A DNA stretch of 47,834 bases from Promethearchaeota archaeon (GTDB taxonomy: Archaea; Asgardarchaeota; Lokiarchaeia; Sigyniarchaeales; SOKP01): positions 1,922 through 49,755 of the forward strand of contig JBHLOC010000035.1 of the NCBI GenBank assembly GCA_048940925.1. Direction: 5' to 3'. Every line of letters starts with the position of its first letter. Position 1 is the stretch's first letter. Both the position numbers and the translations under genes were made by a program. The notes under the pieces are model-generated. The model saw nothing but the letters and a program-made list of their open reading frames with translations. It searched no databases and was not told the origin of the DNA. Of this stretch, positions 1-8,788 are shown in pieces.

Positions 1-138
1 CTGTATATTACTGAGGTAAATAGTGCTACATTAAAAAAGCTCATTCCTCAAAATAAAATTTGTATTTTATGTGATTGCTCGCCTTATGCGTTTCATAGAT
101 GTCGTAATAAAGTGAGAATAGATCGATATTTATCTTGA
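1..138 (+). CDS. 3' end of a hypothetical protein, truncated by the window edge
   Basis: Frame 1 is open from base 1 to TGA at 136-138 (LYITEVNSATLKKLIPQNKICILCDCSPYAFHRCRNKVRIDRYLS), Cys-rich and followed by T-rich tracts. Confidence 0.5.
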   Translation: MYITEVNSATLKKLIPQNKICILCDCSPYAFHRCRNKVRIDRYLS

Positions 139-239
139 TTTATTTTATTTTAATACTTTTTCCATGGTATTGACTTTTTCTATCCTGATTTTTCCTTTAT
201 ATATTCCCTTCTTCGAAGTCATATTAAAAATAGAAGGAG

Positions 240-470
240 GTGAATGAACTCATACCATTTGAACATGTCAACTCTTATGGGAGACGTGGATTCCCCGTTA
301 CTAAACATCATTCAATCTACTTTGGTGTGGTGTTTAAGAATAATAAGCCATCTTATAATTGGAATCGTAATTCAATAGATATGAGTGAAAGGAAGTCTCA
401 TTCATCTGAAAAGCGTATTTTCTTACATTTTCAGCAAGTAATTGAAAAGAATATATTTATTTTTGAATAA
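240..470 (+). CDS. small hypothetical protein (doubtful)
   Basis: 76-aa ORF ending 17 nt before the RPA gene; the GGAGG SD-like motif overlaps the GTG start; no recognisable motif. Confidence 0.3.
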   Translation: MNELIPFEHVNSYGRRGFPVTKHHSIYFGVVFKNNKPSYNWNRNSIDMSERKSHSSEKRIFLHFQQVIEKNIFIFE

Positions 471-487
471 GAAAGTTATGAGGAGGT

Positions 488-1390
488 ATGGTAGAAGATA
501 TTGAGGAGATTTTTCAATCTCTTATCAAGGCAGGAGTTACTGAAGAAGAACTTGAGCATGAAATAAATTCACGTTTTCAAGAATATCAGGGATTTATGTC
601 GAGACAAGCTATACTTTTTTTAATTGCCAAAGAACATGGATTATTTGATGATGACCTTGAGAACACTTCTTTTTCTTATGAAGGGTTAGAGGAAGAAATT
701 GATTATAACGAGTTCCTAAGACCGATTGCTCAAATTTCTGAAGGAATGAATAATATCGTGATTCTCGGAAGACTTATCAGCATTTCTCAAGTGCGCACAT
801 TTACTCGGAAGGATGGTACGAGTGATATTGTAGGCTCCTTTCATGTAGCGGATACATCAGGAAAGATTAAGGTAGTATTGTGGTCAGACCAAGCGAAAAT
901 TATAGAGAAGGAATATTTTTCAAGAGACCAAATCATTCAAGTGATTGGAGGATATGCAAAGAAGGGATTGAATGAGGAAATCGAGATCCACATAGGTAAA
1001 AGAGGTAAAGTGATTTTATCTCCAAAGGATATCGATATGAACAATATTCCCAAATTAGACAAAGTACCAAATACTTCTTCAATTAATATTCAAGATGTAT
1101 ATGAGAAGGAAGGGTTTATTCCGACTGTAAGTGGAGCAGTACAATTTGAAAATCTTAAAATGGTCAAGTTAAAAGACGGAAGTAAGACATTCTTATTGAA
1201 ATTTAAATTATGCGATGAAACATCTTCAATTATGGTTAATATATGGGGTATGGATGCACCAGAATTCATAAAAAATGTAAGTGAAGGAGACATTATTATA
1301 TTATCTAATATGACTATTAAGGAAAATCCCTACTCTAAGAAAAAAGAATTGAATTTAACTAGAAATTCATATGTAGAGATCATGAAGTAA
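488..1390 (+). CDS. rpa: replication protein A-like ssDNA-binding protein (N-terminal helical domain + two OB folds)
   Basis: OB-fold motifs VRTFTRKDG..VGSF.VADTSGKIKVVLW and FKLCDETSSIMVNIWG; archaeal RPA-type N-terminal helical segment; GAGGAGG SD. Confidence 0.85.
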   Translation: MVEDIEEIFQSLIKAGVTEEELEHEINSRFQEYQGFMSRQAILFLIAKEHGLFDDDLENTSFSYEGLEEEIDYNEFLRPIAQISEGMNNIVILGRLISISQVRTFTRKDGTSDIVGSFHVADTSGKIKVVLWSDQAKIIEKEYFSRDQIIQVIGGYAKKGLNEEIEIHIGKRGKVILSPKDIDMNNIPKLDKVPNTSSINIQDVYEKEGFIPTVSGAVQFENLKMVKLKDGSKTFLLKFKLCDETSSIMVNIWGMDAPEFIKNVSEGDIIILSNMTIKENPYSKKKELNLTRNSYVEIMK

Positions 1391-2828
1391 GAGAAGGAGA
1401 CTTACATCGTTTTCTGCTTACAAGGATAATAGAAAAGCAACACAGTAATATGATAAAAGGTATATAATAGTATCCAGAGATGGTATCATCTTTTTCTTTT
1501 ATTTTTATACAAATATTATTTTCAATAATATTATTTTCAGATGATTCATCCTCCCTTATACAAAAGGTATAGTATGAAATTGAATTATTTGCTATGGTAT
1601 TTCCAAATGAGATAATGGATAATTCAATGCCTCTCTTACTAAAAGATATATTATTTGATATAATATTATTATATGTGCCACTTGTTAAACCTATTCCAAT
1701 CGTACAATATGTTAACACATTATTAGTAATATTGGTATGCTCTGCATATCTAAGCATTATTCCATTAAAGCTCCCGTTAATATAATTATTCTTTACTATA
1801 TTATATTGACTGGCTCCAGATATGCCTAATCCAGATTTCTCAAAATAATTATTGACAATTTTGTTTTGTTTACACCAAAATAGACCTAGACCATTTTCTA
1901 GAAAGTTGTTACATGTGATTAAATTTTCATTACACTCTTCTCCAAAATCCATACCAATGTCATTGAATTTTAACATATTTTCTTTTATTGTATTGAAACT
2001 ACTATTCTCTGCATAAATTCCAAAACTGTTATTAGCAAATACATTTTCCAGAAGGCTGTTATTGTTACATTTATAAAGATGAATTCCTTCAGAACAATTG
2101 AAAAAGTCATTAATTATGATTCTGTTACGGTTGCTTTCATAAATTTCCATCCCATATTCATGATTTCTTATAACGTTTTCTTCGATAATATTATAAAAGC
2201 ATGCGACGAATTTGAGACAACTAATGTGGAAACTACCAATATAAATTTTAGACTCATAATATTTATTATAGGAAAACACATTGTTTAATATTGTATTGTT
2301 ATTAGAGAATGCCATGCTTATTCCATCATACTTGTTATCATTTAGATCATTTTCAGAAATTGTGTTATTGAAAGAATAAAATAAGTAAATCCCACGCATA
2401 TTGTTAACATAACTATTTTCTGTTATTATAGAATTGTTTACATATTCCAAGTTAATTCCCGTACCCCCATTTAGAAAAATACTATTTCTAATTATAAAAT
2501 GAACATTTGTATTTCTTATATCGAAACTGGGAATCGAAGTGTTTCCATTCCTATCAATCTTAATATTTTCGATTATATAAGGATCGCTCCAGGTACCAGA
2601 CCCAGAACACCACTCATAATTTGAATTTACATAATCCCAGCCAGAATTTCCCTCAATAAAAATAGGCTCTACTTCTATTGTAGAAGAAAATTGCAAATAT
2701 TGTGTCCTATTTTTCTCAATATTCATAGTTCTATCTTCTAACTGAGCTTTAAATAAGCTTGGAAGGAAAATTATAAGAGGTATTAATAATATCCCTAAAG
2801 TTAATACTCTTTGTCTTCTTGGGATTAT
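1380..2828 (-). CDS. secreted right-handed beta-helix (NosD/CASH-like) surface protein with C-terminal Loki-CTERM-like anchor; probable non-canonical start near 2828
   Basis: WCSGSGT..DPYIIEN motif, many N-N-x-GI repeats, C-terminal ISGY + hydrophobic helix + RKR. The frame stays open upstream of ATG 2726 and encodes the signal-peptide-like PRRQRVLTLGILLIPLIIFLPSLF. Confidence 0.8.
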   Translation of the reverse strand: MIPRRQRVLTLGILLIPLIIFLPSLFKAQLEDRTMNIEKNRTQYLQFSSTIEVEPIFIEGNSGWDYVNSNYEWCSGSGTWSDPYIIENIKIDRNGNTSIPSFDIRNTNVHFIIRNSIFLNGGTGINLEYVNNSIITENSYVNNMRGIYLFYSFNNTISENDLNDNKYDGISMAFSNNNTILNNVFSYNKYYESKIYIGSFHISCLKFVACFYNIIEENVIRNHEYGMEIYESNRNRIIINDFFNCSEGIHLYKCNNNSLLENVFANNSFGIYAENSSFNTIKENMLKFNDIGMDFGEECNENLITCNNFLENGLGLFWCKQNKIVNNYFEKSGLGISGASQYNIVKNNYINGSFNGIMLRYAEHTNITNNVLTYCTIGIGLTSGTYNNIISNNISFSKRGIELSIISFGNTIANNSISYYTFCIREDESSENNIIENNICIKIKEKDDTISGYYYIPFIILLCCFSIILVSRKRCKSPSLTS

Positions 2829-3028
2829 AATAATTGCACCCTTTATTTCAATCTTATATTAAGATAATATTTATATTCTTATTTTTAAGTATTTCTGATG
2901 TATCTCATTCATTAATTCCAGAATGTTATAAGTTGTTAATAAATAAGATTTTGTTTATCAAGTATAATCTGTATTCTTTTCGCACCCCTCCTGAAATCCA
3001 TCATTTTTTATCCTGAAATCGAGAGTTC

Positions 3029-3196
3029 ATGAAAATAATTGCTCCTTTATCTGTTTCTTTACGTATCGGTCTTCCAGAAACTGAGGTTCCTCTTGTGATA
3101 ATCCTTATAGCAATCACATCAACAGTAGCAGGAATAGCAGTTGCAATAACAACAGTTGTCCTATTACGTAAAAGGAAACGAGTAACTGAAGTCTAA
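3029..3196 (+). CDS. 55-aa single-TM protein, or orphan C-terminal membrane anchor of a lost surface protein
   Basis: ATG 3029 to TAA 3196: MKIIAPLSVSLRIGLPETEVPLVIILIAITSTVAGIAVAITTVVLLRKRKRVTEV (TM helix + basic tail), followed by a T-rich tract. Confidence 0.5.
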   Translation: MKIIAPLSVSLRIGLPETEVPLVIILIAITSTVAGIAVAITTVVLLRKRKRVTEV

Positions 3197-3299
3197 TAAT
3201 TTAACATAATTTTTTTTCTTATTTTCTAATCACTTTTTTTCTTTAAATAGACTTATTCTCATTTCATTACAATTATATTTTAAATTAGGAGAGTAAAAG

Positions 3300-3848
3300 A
3301 TGATAACTCACATACCAAAAATATTGTATAAAAATACTATAACCGAAGTGTTAGATGAAATTCGATATAATTATGGCATATTGACTCGAAAAGGTTATAT
3401 ATACGGACTCATAGCGATCGATCAAGATGCTAAGATTATCGCTGTCGATTCTCGCTTTGATCGCCAACTAAATTATTGGGATCTCAGTTCTATAGGAGCC
3501 GCATTATATGGAGTGGCACGACAAGGGCAAGATTTTTTCGACACTGAATCTTTAGAACGTGCTACTATTATTTATAGCGATATGCAGTTATTTGTAAAGT
3601 CAATAGGCAAGGTTGAGCTTCAGAAAAAAGGAAAACGTGATATCCTTATCGTGCTTCTAACCGATAAAGATGTTAACATTGGAGTAATTCAACTCCAAAT
3701 GAGCAAATTTGCTCTGAAAATGAAAGATGAGATCGAAAGAAATGAACACGTTCAGCAAAAGCTAGAAATGTCGGAACATGAATTAAAGGAACATATCAAG
3801 GAACTCAAGAAAGAGATTTTTCGAGATAAGATAGGAGAGATTTCATAG
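3300..3848 (+). CDS. roadblock/LC7 (MglB-like) protein with C-terminal helical extension
   Basis: Roadblock pattern IYGLIAIDQDAKII...LSSIGAALYGVA...LIVLLTDKDVNIGVI; lies directly upstream of an MglA-type GTPase; AGGAGA SD. Confidence 0.75.
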   Translation: MITHIPKILYKNTITEVLDEIRYNYGILTRKGYIYGLIAIDQDAKIIAVDSRFDRQLNYWDLSSIGAALYGVARQGQDFFDTESLERATIIYSDMQLFVKSIGKVELQKKGKRDILIVLLTDKDVNIGVIQLQMSKFALKMKDEIERNEHVQQKLEMSEHELKEHIKELKKEIFRDKIGEIS

Positions 3849-3875
3849 CTTTATTCACTTATGGAGGGATAATAA

Positions 3876-4526
3876 GTGTCAGAGCAGGAAAATATAGAGA
3901 AAGAGGAAGTGGAGATTAGTGAGCAGTTCGATTTTGATGATTCCGAAAATATGATTCAGTTTAAAATTGTCTACTGGGGTCCAGGTGAAAGCGGAAAAAC
4001 TACTAACTTTTTTCGATTGCGGGAAAAATTCGATCTTCTCAAATTAACCAAAGGATATTCTATTGAGACAACTGAAGGAAGAACACTATGGGAAGATTCA
4101 TTATATCTTTTATTTAAATTCCAGATTAAAGATATTAAATTCAATATAATATGCCATGTGGTGACTTGTACGGGACAAGAACGCTTTCTTTCAACACGAG
4201 AATATGTGTTAGATGGAGCAGATGGCATTATGTTTATTGGAGATTCTGATCCCGAAAAACTGGAACAGAATAAGCGTAGTTTTCGGGAGTTAATTAGTTT
4301 TGCGAAGTCTAGAGGAATTCCATATCTCATTCAATTAAATAAGAGGGATCTTGAGAACGCTATTCATATTGAAAAGTTTAAAGTAGCATTAGGGTTACCT
4401 TTACAGAAACGATATCCTGATGGTACTCAGATCGTCTATCCAGCGGAAGCATTACAGGGTAAAAATGTAATTACCTGCTTTAAAGACCTTATACTTCAAG
4501 TGCTGTTCAAATATTTTGAAAGTTAG
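3876..4526 (+). CDS. mglA: MglA-family small GTPase
   Basis: KIVYWGPGESGKTTN (G1), EGRTLW (switch I with Arg), TGQ (G3), VLDGADGIMFIGDS, NKRDL (G4), AEALQGKNV (G5); matches the MglA consensus. Confidence 0.88.
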   Translation: MSEQENIEKEEVEISEQFDFDDSENMIQFKIVYWGPGESGKTTNFFRLREKFDLLKLTKGYSIETTEGRTLWEDSLYLLFKFQIKDIKFNIICHVVTCTGQERFLSTREYVLDGADGIMFIGDSDPEKLEQNKRSFRELISFAKSRGIPYLIQLNKRDLENAIHIEKFKVALGLPLQKRYPDGTQIVYPAEALQGKNVITCFKDLILQVLFKYFES

Positions 4527-4570
4527 CTAGATAGATAGATAAATAGGATGATAAAAGAGGAGAAAATGGA

Positions 4571-6208
4571 ATGGATACCGCAACAGATTTTATCCGCCCT
4601 GAATTTTTAAATATTTTATTTTTCCAACAAAGAAATATAGTCATATTTCCTTATGTGGACCTAAAACATCTGCATGGACTTGATATCTTTACTATTGGAC
4701 ATAATACCATTGATTTAGAATCAACCGCTCTTCATAATGTCCGAGAGTTTTTGGAAGGAGAAGTTAATAATTCCTATTCCCAGACTCCTAATCTTTATTT
4801 TATTTATAATGTAGATAAAGAAAATTTAAACGAAATTCTTGGAATTCAGGATGTGCGTTTTATTATTAACACGAATGAAAATGTGCGAGATTTAGCAAAT
4901 GGAGATAGCTATATTTTCTTTAATAAAAAACATAATCAATTTTTAAATTATAATATACCTGATTCTGAATTAGCATTTGAAGAATATTTGATATCTTCTT
5001 CTGAAAATGAGATGATTCTTCAGGACAAAATTCAACAGATTAAAAGTATGGCCACTAAAATTTTCACTGAAGTGAATAAAGATAGTACATTACAAAATCT
5101 CCCGAAAATATTAGATGGTTATGATAAGAAATATTGGAATTCAATAGTGAAGTTCACGGAGAATTATTTTAAGATTAATGTCCCAGATATCTCTTACCTT
5201 AATTCTGTCCGATCTCCAAAAAAGCAATTACAAGATTTCTCAGATGAATATGAATTCATTGTGTCTACTAACAAACAGATTGGAAAGGAATTTATCCAGC
5301 TATTGCATGAATATAGAGGTAAAAAGGTTAATTCAGCCAATTTAGAGTTAGAAGAGTTATTTAATCCCCAAAAATTATATAATTATTTACGGAATCATCA
5401 TTGGAAAGAAGGAATCCCTCATGAGTTTATTGATGAATGGTGTAAAATGGAGTTTTCTCAGTATACCCTGAATGAAGTGGATCAGCATGATTTTGAAAAT
5501 ATTTTAAAAAAATTAGGGATACAACATACTTTTACAGCTTTATCTCAGCCAGAACCGATTCCAGATGTAGACTTCATCAAAGAAAAACCATTAGAAATGA
5601 TACTTTCCCCAAATGAGAGCTGGATAACGTTTACTCAATGGCTCTCTAATGAAATTATTACATTAGAGCGATTAGTTGAAGAGTTTTCATTAGCGGACGT
5701 TAATAATATGAATTATGAGGATAAACAGGGATTATTAAATGAAATATTAAAAATAGAACGCCTTCTTGGTAGAGATCCTGATGAGCATTATAACCAAGTT
5801 AAGAATACTAAACAGGAACATCCCGCTATATTGATCGTAGATATTGCTAACATCTTACATGCTGATAAGGATAAAAATGGTAAATTAAAGACTGGGAATA
5901 TATATAAAATAATTAGAATATTGGAAGAAAAATATAACTTCAGACCTTATTTAATAGCTGACGCTTCAATTATGCATATTATGGATGATAAAAATCTCTA
6001 TGAATTAATGGTTGAGGCTAAAAATATTGAAGTTGCCCCTGCAGGGCGAACTGCCGATATATATGTTTTAAAATGGGCTAAAAAATTCAACAGTAAATTT
6101 CTAACTAATGATCTTTATCGGGAATATTGGCCTCAATTTGGAGAGGAATGGGTTAAAACTAATAGGTTAACCTTTATGTATGTTAATGGGGAATTAATCA
6201 TTGATTAA
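4571..6208 (+). CDS. multidomain protein with C-terminal NYN/Zc3h12a-like PIN ribonuclease domain
   Basis: C-terminal IVDIANI...IADAS...APAGRTADIYVL..A.....FLTNDLYREY retains the PIN acidic residues; ~400-aa uncharacterised N-terminus. Confidence 0.75.
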   Translation: MDTATDFIRPEFLNILFFQQRNIVIFPYVDLKHLHGLDIFTIGHNTIDLESTALHNVREFLEGEVNNSYSQTPNLYFIYNVDKENLNEILGIQDVRFIINTNENVRDLANGDSYIFFNKKHNQFLNYNIPDSELAFEEYLISSSENEMILQDKIQQIKSMATKIFTEVNKDSTLQNLPKILDGYDKKYWNSIVKFTENYFKINVPDISYLNSVRSPKKQLQDFSDEYEFIVSTNKQIGKEFIQLLHEYRGKKVNSANLELEELFNPQKLYNYLRNHHWKEGIPHEFIDEWCKMEFSQYTLNEVDQHDFENILKKLGIQHTFTALSQPEPIPDVDFIKEKPLEMILSPNESWITFTQWLSNEIITLERLVEEFSLADVNNMNYEDKQGLLNEILKIERLLGRDPDEHYNQVKNTKQEHPAILIVDIANILHADKDKNGKLKTGNIYKIIRILEEKYNFRPYLIADASIMHIMDDKNLYELMVEAKNIEVAPAGRTADIYVLKWAKKFNSKFLTNDLYREYWPQFGEEWVKTNRLTFMYVNGELIID

Positions 6209-6270
6209 CTTTTGTGGTTTTTTAAAAGCTTCACCATCTCCCATATATCTTATATTTTTTCCGAAAATGT

Positions 6271-6747
6271 TTAAAATCCTTCTTGTTCTTCTACTACTTC
6301 TATCTTCTTAGGTTCTGAAAAAGAAGGAATAGCATTCTCATTTTGACGTGCCTGTACTGTTGCGAATTCTATTTTCTCGTTCAATATGTGTTGGAACAAT
6401 AATCTGCAAATCTCAACTTGAGGATATAACAATTTCTTACCATACTCTCCTATATTAACCCACAAGGTATCCTGATTCCACTGAAATGAGATTGATGTCT
6501 TATTGTCCTTGAATATATGCACCGTTTTCCATGACTCTGATTTACGGGTAAGCACCTGAAGGATCATAACGATCTCTTCTAAATCTATTTTGATTGTCTT
6601 TCCTTCGTTTTTCGAAGGTTTTTCCCATGAGCCATCTGCTTTACTTTTAATACATCGTAAAAACATATAAGGTTCTGTTTTTGAGCTGGTTTGGATAAAC
6701 AGCCCGGTATTTTTCCCGAAGAAGACTTGGTTATGCGCATCTACCAT
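6271..6747 (-). CDS. hypothetical protein, probable Whirly/PC4-fold nucleic-acid-binding protein
   Basis: Two apparent strand-rich + helix repeats alignable by eye with plant Whirly; acidic tail ending in F; TTTATAAA box at ~6796-6803 on the minus strand. Confidence 0.6.
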   Translation of the reverse strand: MVDAHNQVFFGKNTGLFIQTSSKTEPYMFLRCIKSKADGSWEKPSKNEGKTIKIDLEEIVMILQVLTRKSESWKTVHIFKDNKTSISFQWNQDTLWVNIGEYGKKLLYPQVEICRLLFQHILNEKIEFATVQARQNENAIPSFSEPKKIEVVEEQEGF

Positions 6748-7044
6748 ATTAATTTACCTTGGTATAATTTAGTTATTACTTACTATTTACAGGTGTTTAT
6801 AAAGAAAAAGAGAAATAGTGATTAGTAATTTGAAAACAGAGAGTCAGTTATGTGGCAAGATAATATTACCTAATTAGTTTTATAGTTTCACATATAATTA
6901 TTCGATTGATTTTCAAAACATTAATTTTCAGTTAGATATACATATTATTTTTAATCATTTTATATTGAATTTTAATATTAAATAGTCAGAATTCTTAAGA
7001 TTTAAACTTCTTATCATCTATATAAGAAAATTTTAAAATTTAGA

Positions 7045-7560
7045 GTGATAAAAAAATTGGATACTTTAACTAAGGATGAAGTAAATGCTTTACCAACTCG
7101 ATTTAATACAATTCCATATAGCACCTTCTTCAAACTGTGGTACGCCTTACAGAAAGCTCTTCCTCCTGAAAAAAAGGATGAAATTTTAACAAAGATTGGG
7201 CGGACTATTGGTAAAGAATTTAATGAGAAAGGAATCGAAACGATTGACGAATTTTTACGACGATTACGAGAATTTTTAGAGCAGGAATGGGCAATCACGG
7301 ATAATGCAAAGGTTGATATTAAGAAGGATGGAGAAGGAAATATTATTAAGATTCTTGCTTATCAAGACAGTTGTAAAATGTGTTTTGCCAACACTTATTT
7401 TAAATATCATGACTTTGGGAGTCCAGCTTGTATGTTTCCACAGGTAATGATGGGAATCTTATCAAAGATGAAAAACAAGTTTGGGTTTAGAAACCTTCGA
7501 TTTGAAGGCGTCCAAAAAGGGGGAGTTGGAGAGTGTGCGATGGAGTGGAATGTCAGATAG
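7045..7560 (+). CDS. V4R/TRAPP-Bet3-like ligand-binding domain protein
   Basis: Helix L.KIGR.IG.EF followed by C(KMC)...C.F...MMGIL...G..EC pattern typical of the V4R/HNOX/Bet3 fold; true start may be TTG 7057. Confidence 0.55.
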   Translation: MIKKLDTLTKDEVNALPTRFNTIPYSTFFKLWYALQKALPPEKKDEILTKIGRTIGKEFNEKGIETIDEFLRRLREFLEQEWAITDNAKVDIKKDGEGNIIKILAYQDSCKMCFANTYFKYHDFGSPACMFPQVMMGILSKMKNKFGFRNLRFEGVQKGGVGECAMEWNVR

Positions 7561-7925
7561 AACATCCTACCCTTTTTTTTTAATTAAAAAAATGATCTCA
7601 TGCTTTCCTATTCATATTTTATAGAAATTTTATTTCGGTTTTTTATTATTTAATACTAGAAGCAGTTTAATTGAAGAATTTGAAAACATTGATAAGATAC
7701 ATCAAAATTATAATAGAACTTAAAATGAATTTTTTATTGATCCCAAATTTAATATTTTAAAACAACTGACATAGATTAACCATATACATCAAATTTTCTA
7801 TGTTTCAATTATAATAACCTTAAAATAAAATAAATAAGGAATAGGAAAATATTATTCTATATAGTAAGGATAAGATAATATAGAATATACTCAATCTAAA
7901 AACAACTTACTAATAAGATATCAAA

Positions 7926-8771
7926 ATGATTATCTGGATATTAGATAGTGAATCGGGAAATAAGTTGTTATATAAATCATTTTTAAAGACAAAAGCAGAT
8001 GAAGATATAGTATCTGGATTTTTAACAGCCTTTCATCATTTCTCTATGATTGAATTTAACCAATCCTTAGATTCTATTGAGATGGGCGGATTAAGGTGGA
8101 TTTATATATTGGAACAAAAACATAATTTACTATTTGTTGCTGCTGCTACTAAAAATGTAAAGACAGGGCTTCTAAAAGGAAGATTAAATGTTATAAAGAA
8201 TTCATTCATAAAAGAATATGAACCTATATGGAAAAGTAAAAGAAATAGTTGGGATGGAGATATTAATGTTTTTTTACCTTTTCTTGATACAATCGAAGAT
8301 TATTACAATCAATGGGAGGAGGTTGAGAGTCTTACTCAAGTAGCAGATTTTTTTGATATTCTGGGAGTTTTTGAAAGAATCTTTATAATGTTGAGAAATA
8401 TTATAGAAAACAAAATGTATAGCAAATCTAAGGATTTAATTATGGATCGGATAGAAAAATTATATAAAGAATTTAGAAACAAACAAGAATTCTGCGATGA
8501 TCCTGAATTAGAAAACATTTCTTTTTCAAAAGAGTCTTGGTTTAACTTTATTGATAGTAATCTTCTCAAATGTGATAAAGAATTAGTTATAACTATTTTG
8601 AAGGAATTACTTGAAAGAGTTTTAGGAGTTTTAAGAGAAGTAAAAGGAGATTATTTATGTTTAAAATATTTTCGTGAAGAAAATGTGTATACATATATTT
8701 ATAACAATTTAAAATTATTAAAAGATTTAAAATTAGATTTATTTTTCTTAGATTTGTTTCTATTGTTATGA
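7926..8771 (+). CDS. longin-domain protein with helical C-terminal region
   Basis: IWILDSESG..L...DEDIVSGFLTAFHHFS...LDSIEMGG.RWIY...LLFVAA...L..I...FI..Y, the Asgard longin pattern. Confidence 0.7.
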   Translation: MIIWILDSESGNKLLYKSFLKTKADEDIVSGFLTAFHHFSMIEFNQSLDSIEMGGLRWIYILEQKHNLLFVAAATKNVKTGLLKGRLNVIKNSFIKEYEPIWKSKRNSWDGDINVFLPFLDTIEDYYNQWEEVESLTQVADFFDILGVFERIFIMLRNIIENKMYSKSKDLIMDRIEKLYKEFRNKQEFCDDPELENISFSKESWFNFIDSNLLKCDKELVITILKELLERVLGVLREVKGDYLCLKYFREENVYTYIYNNLKLLKDLKLDLFFLDLFLLL

Positions 8772-8788
8772 ATCATATTTTAGTGAAG

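Noticed and set aside
4527-4546. ATAG tandem repeat after mglA
   Set aside because: Only about 3-4 copies in AT-rich DNA; not significant
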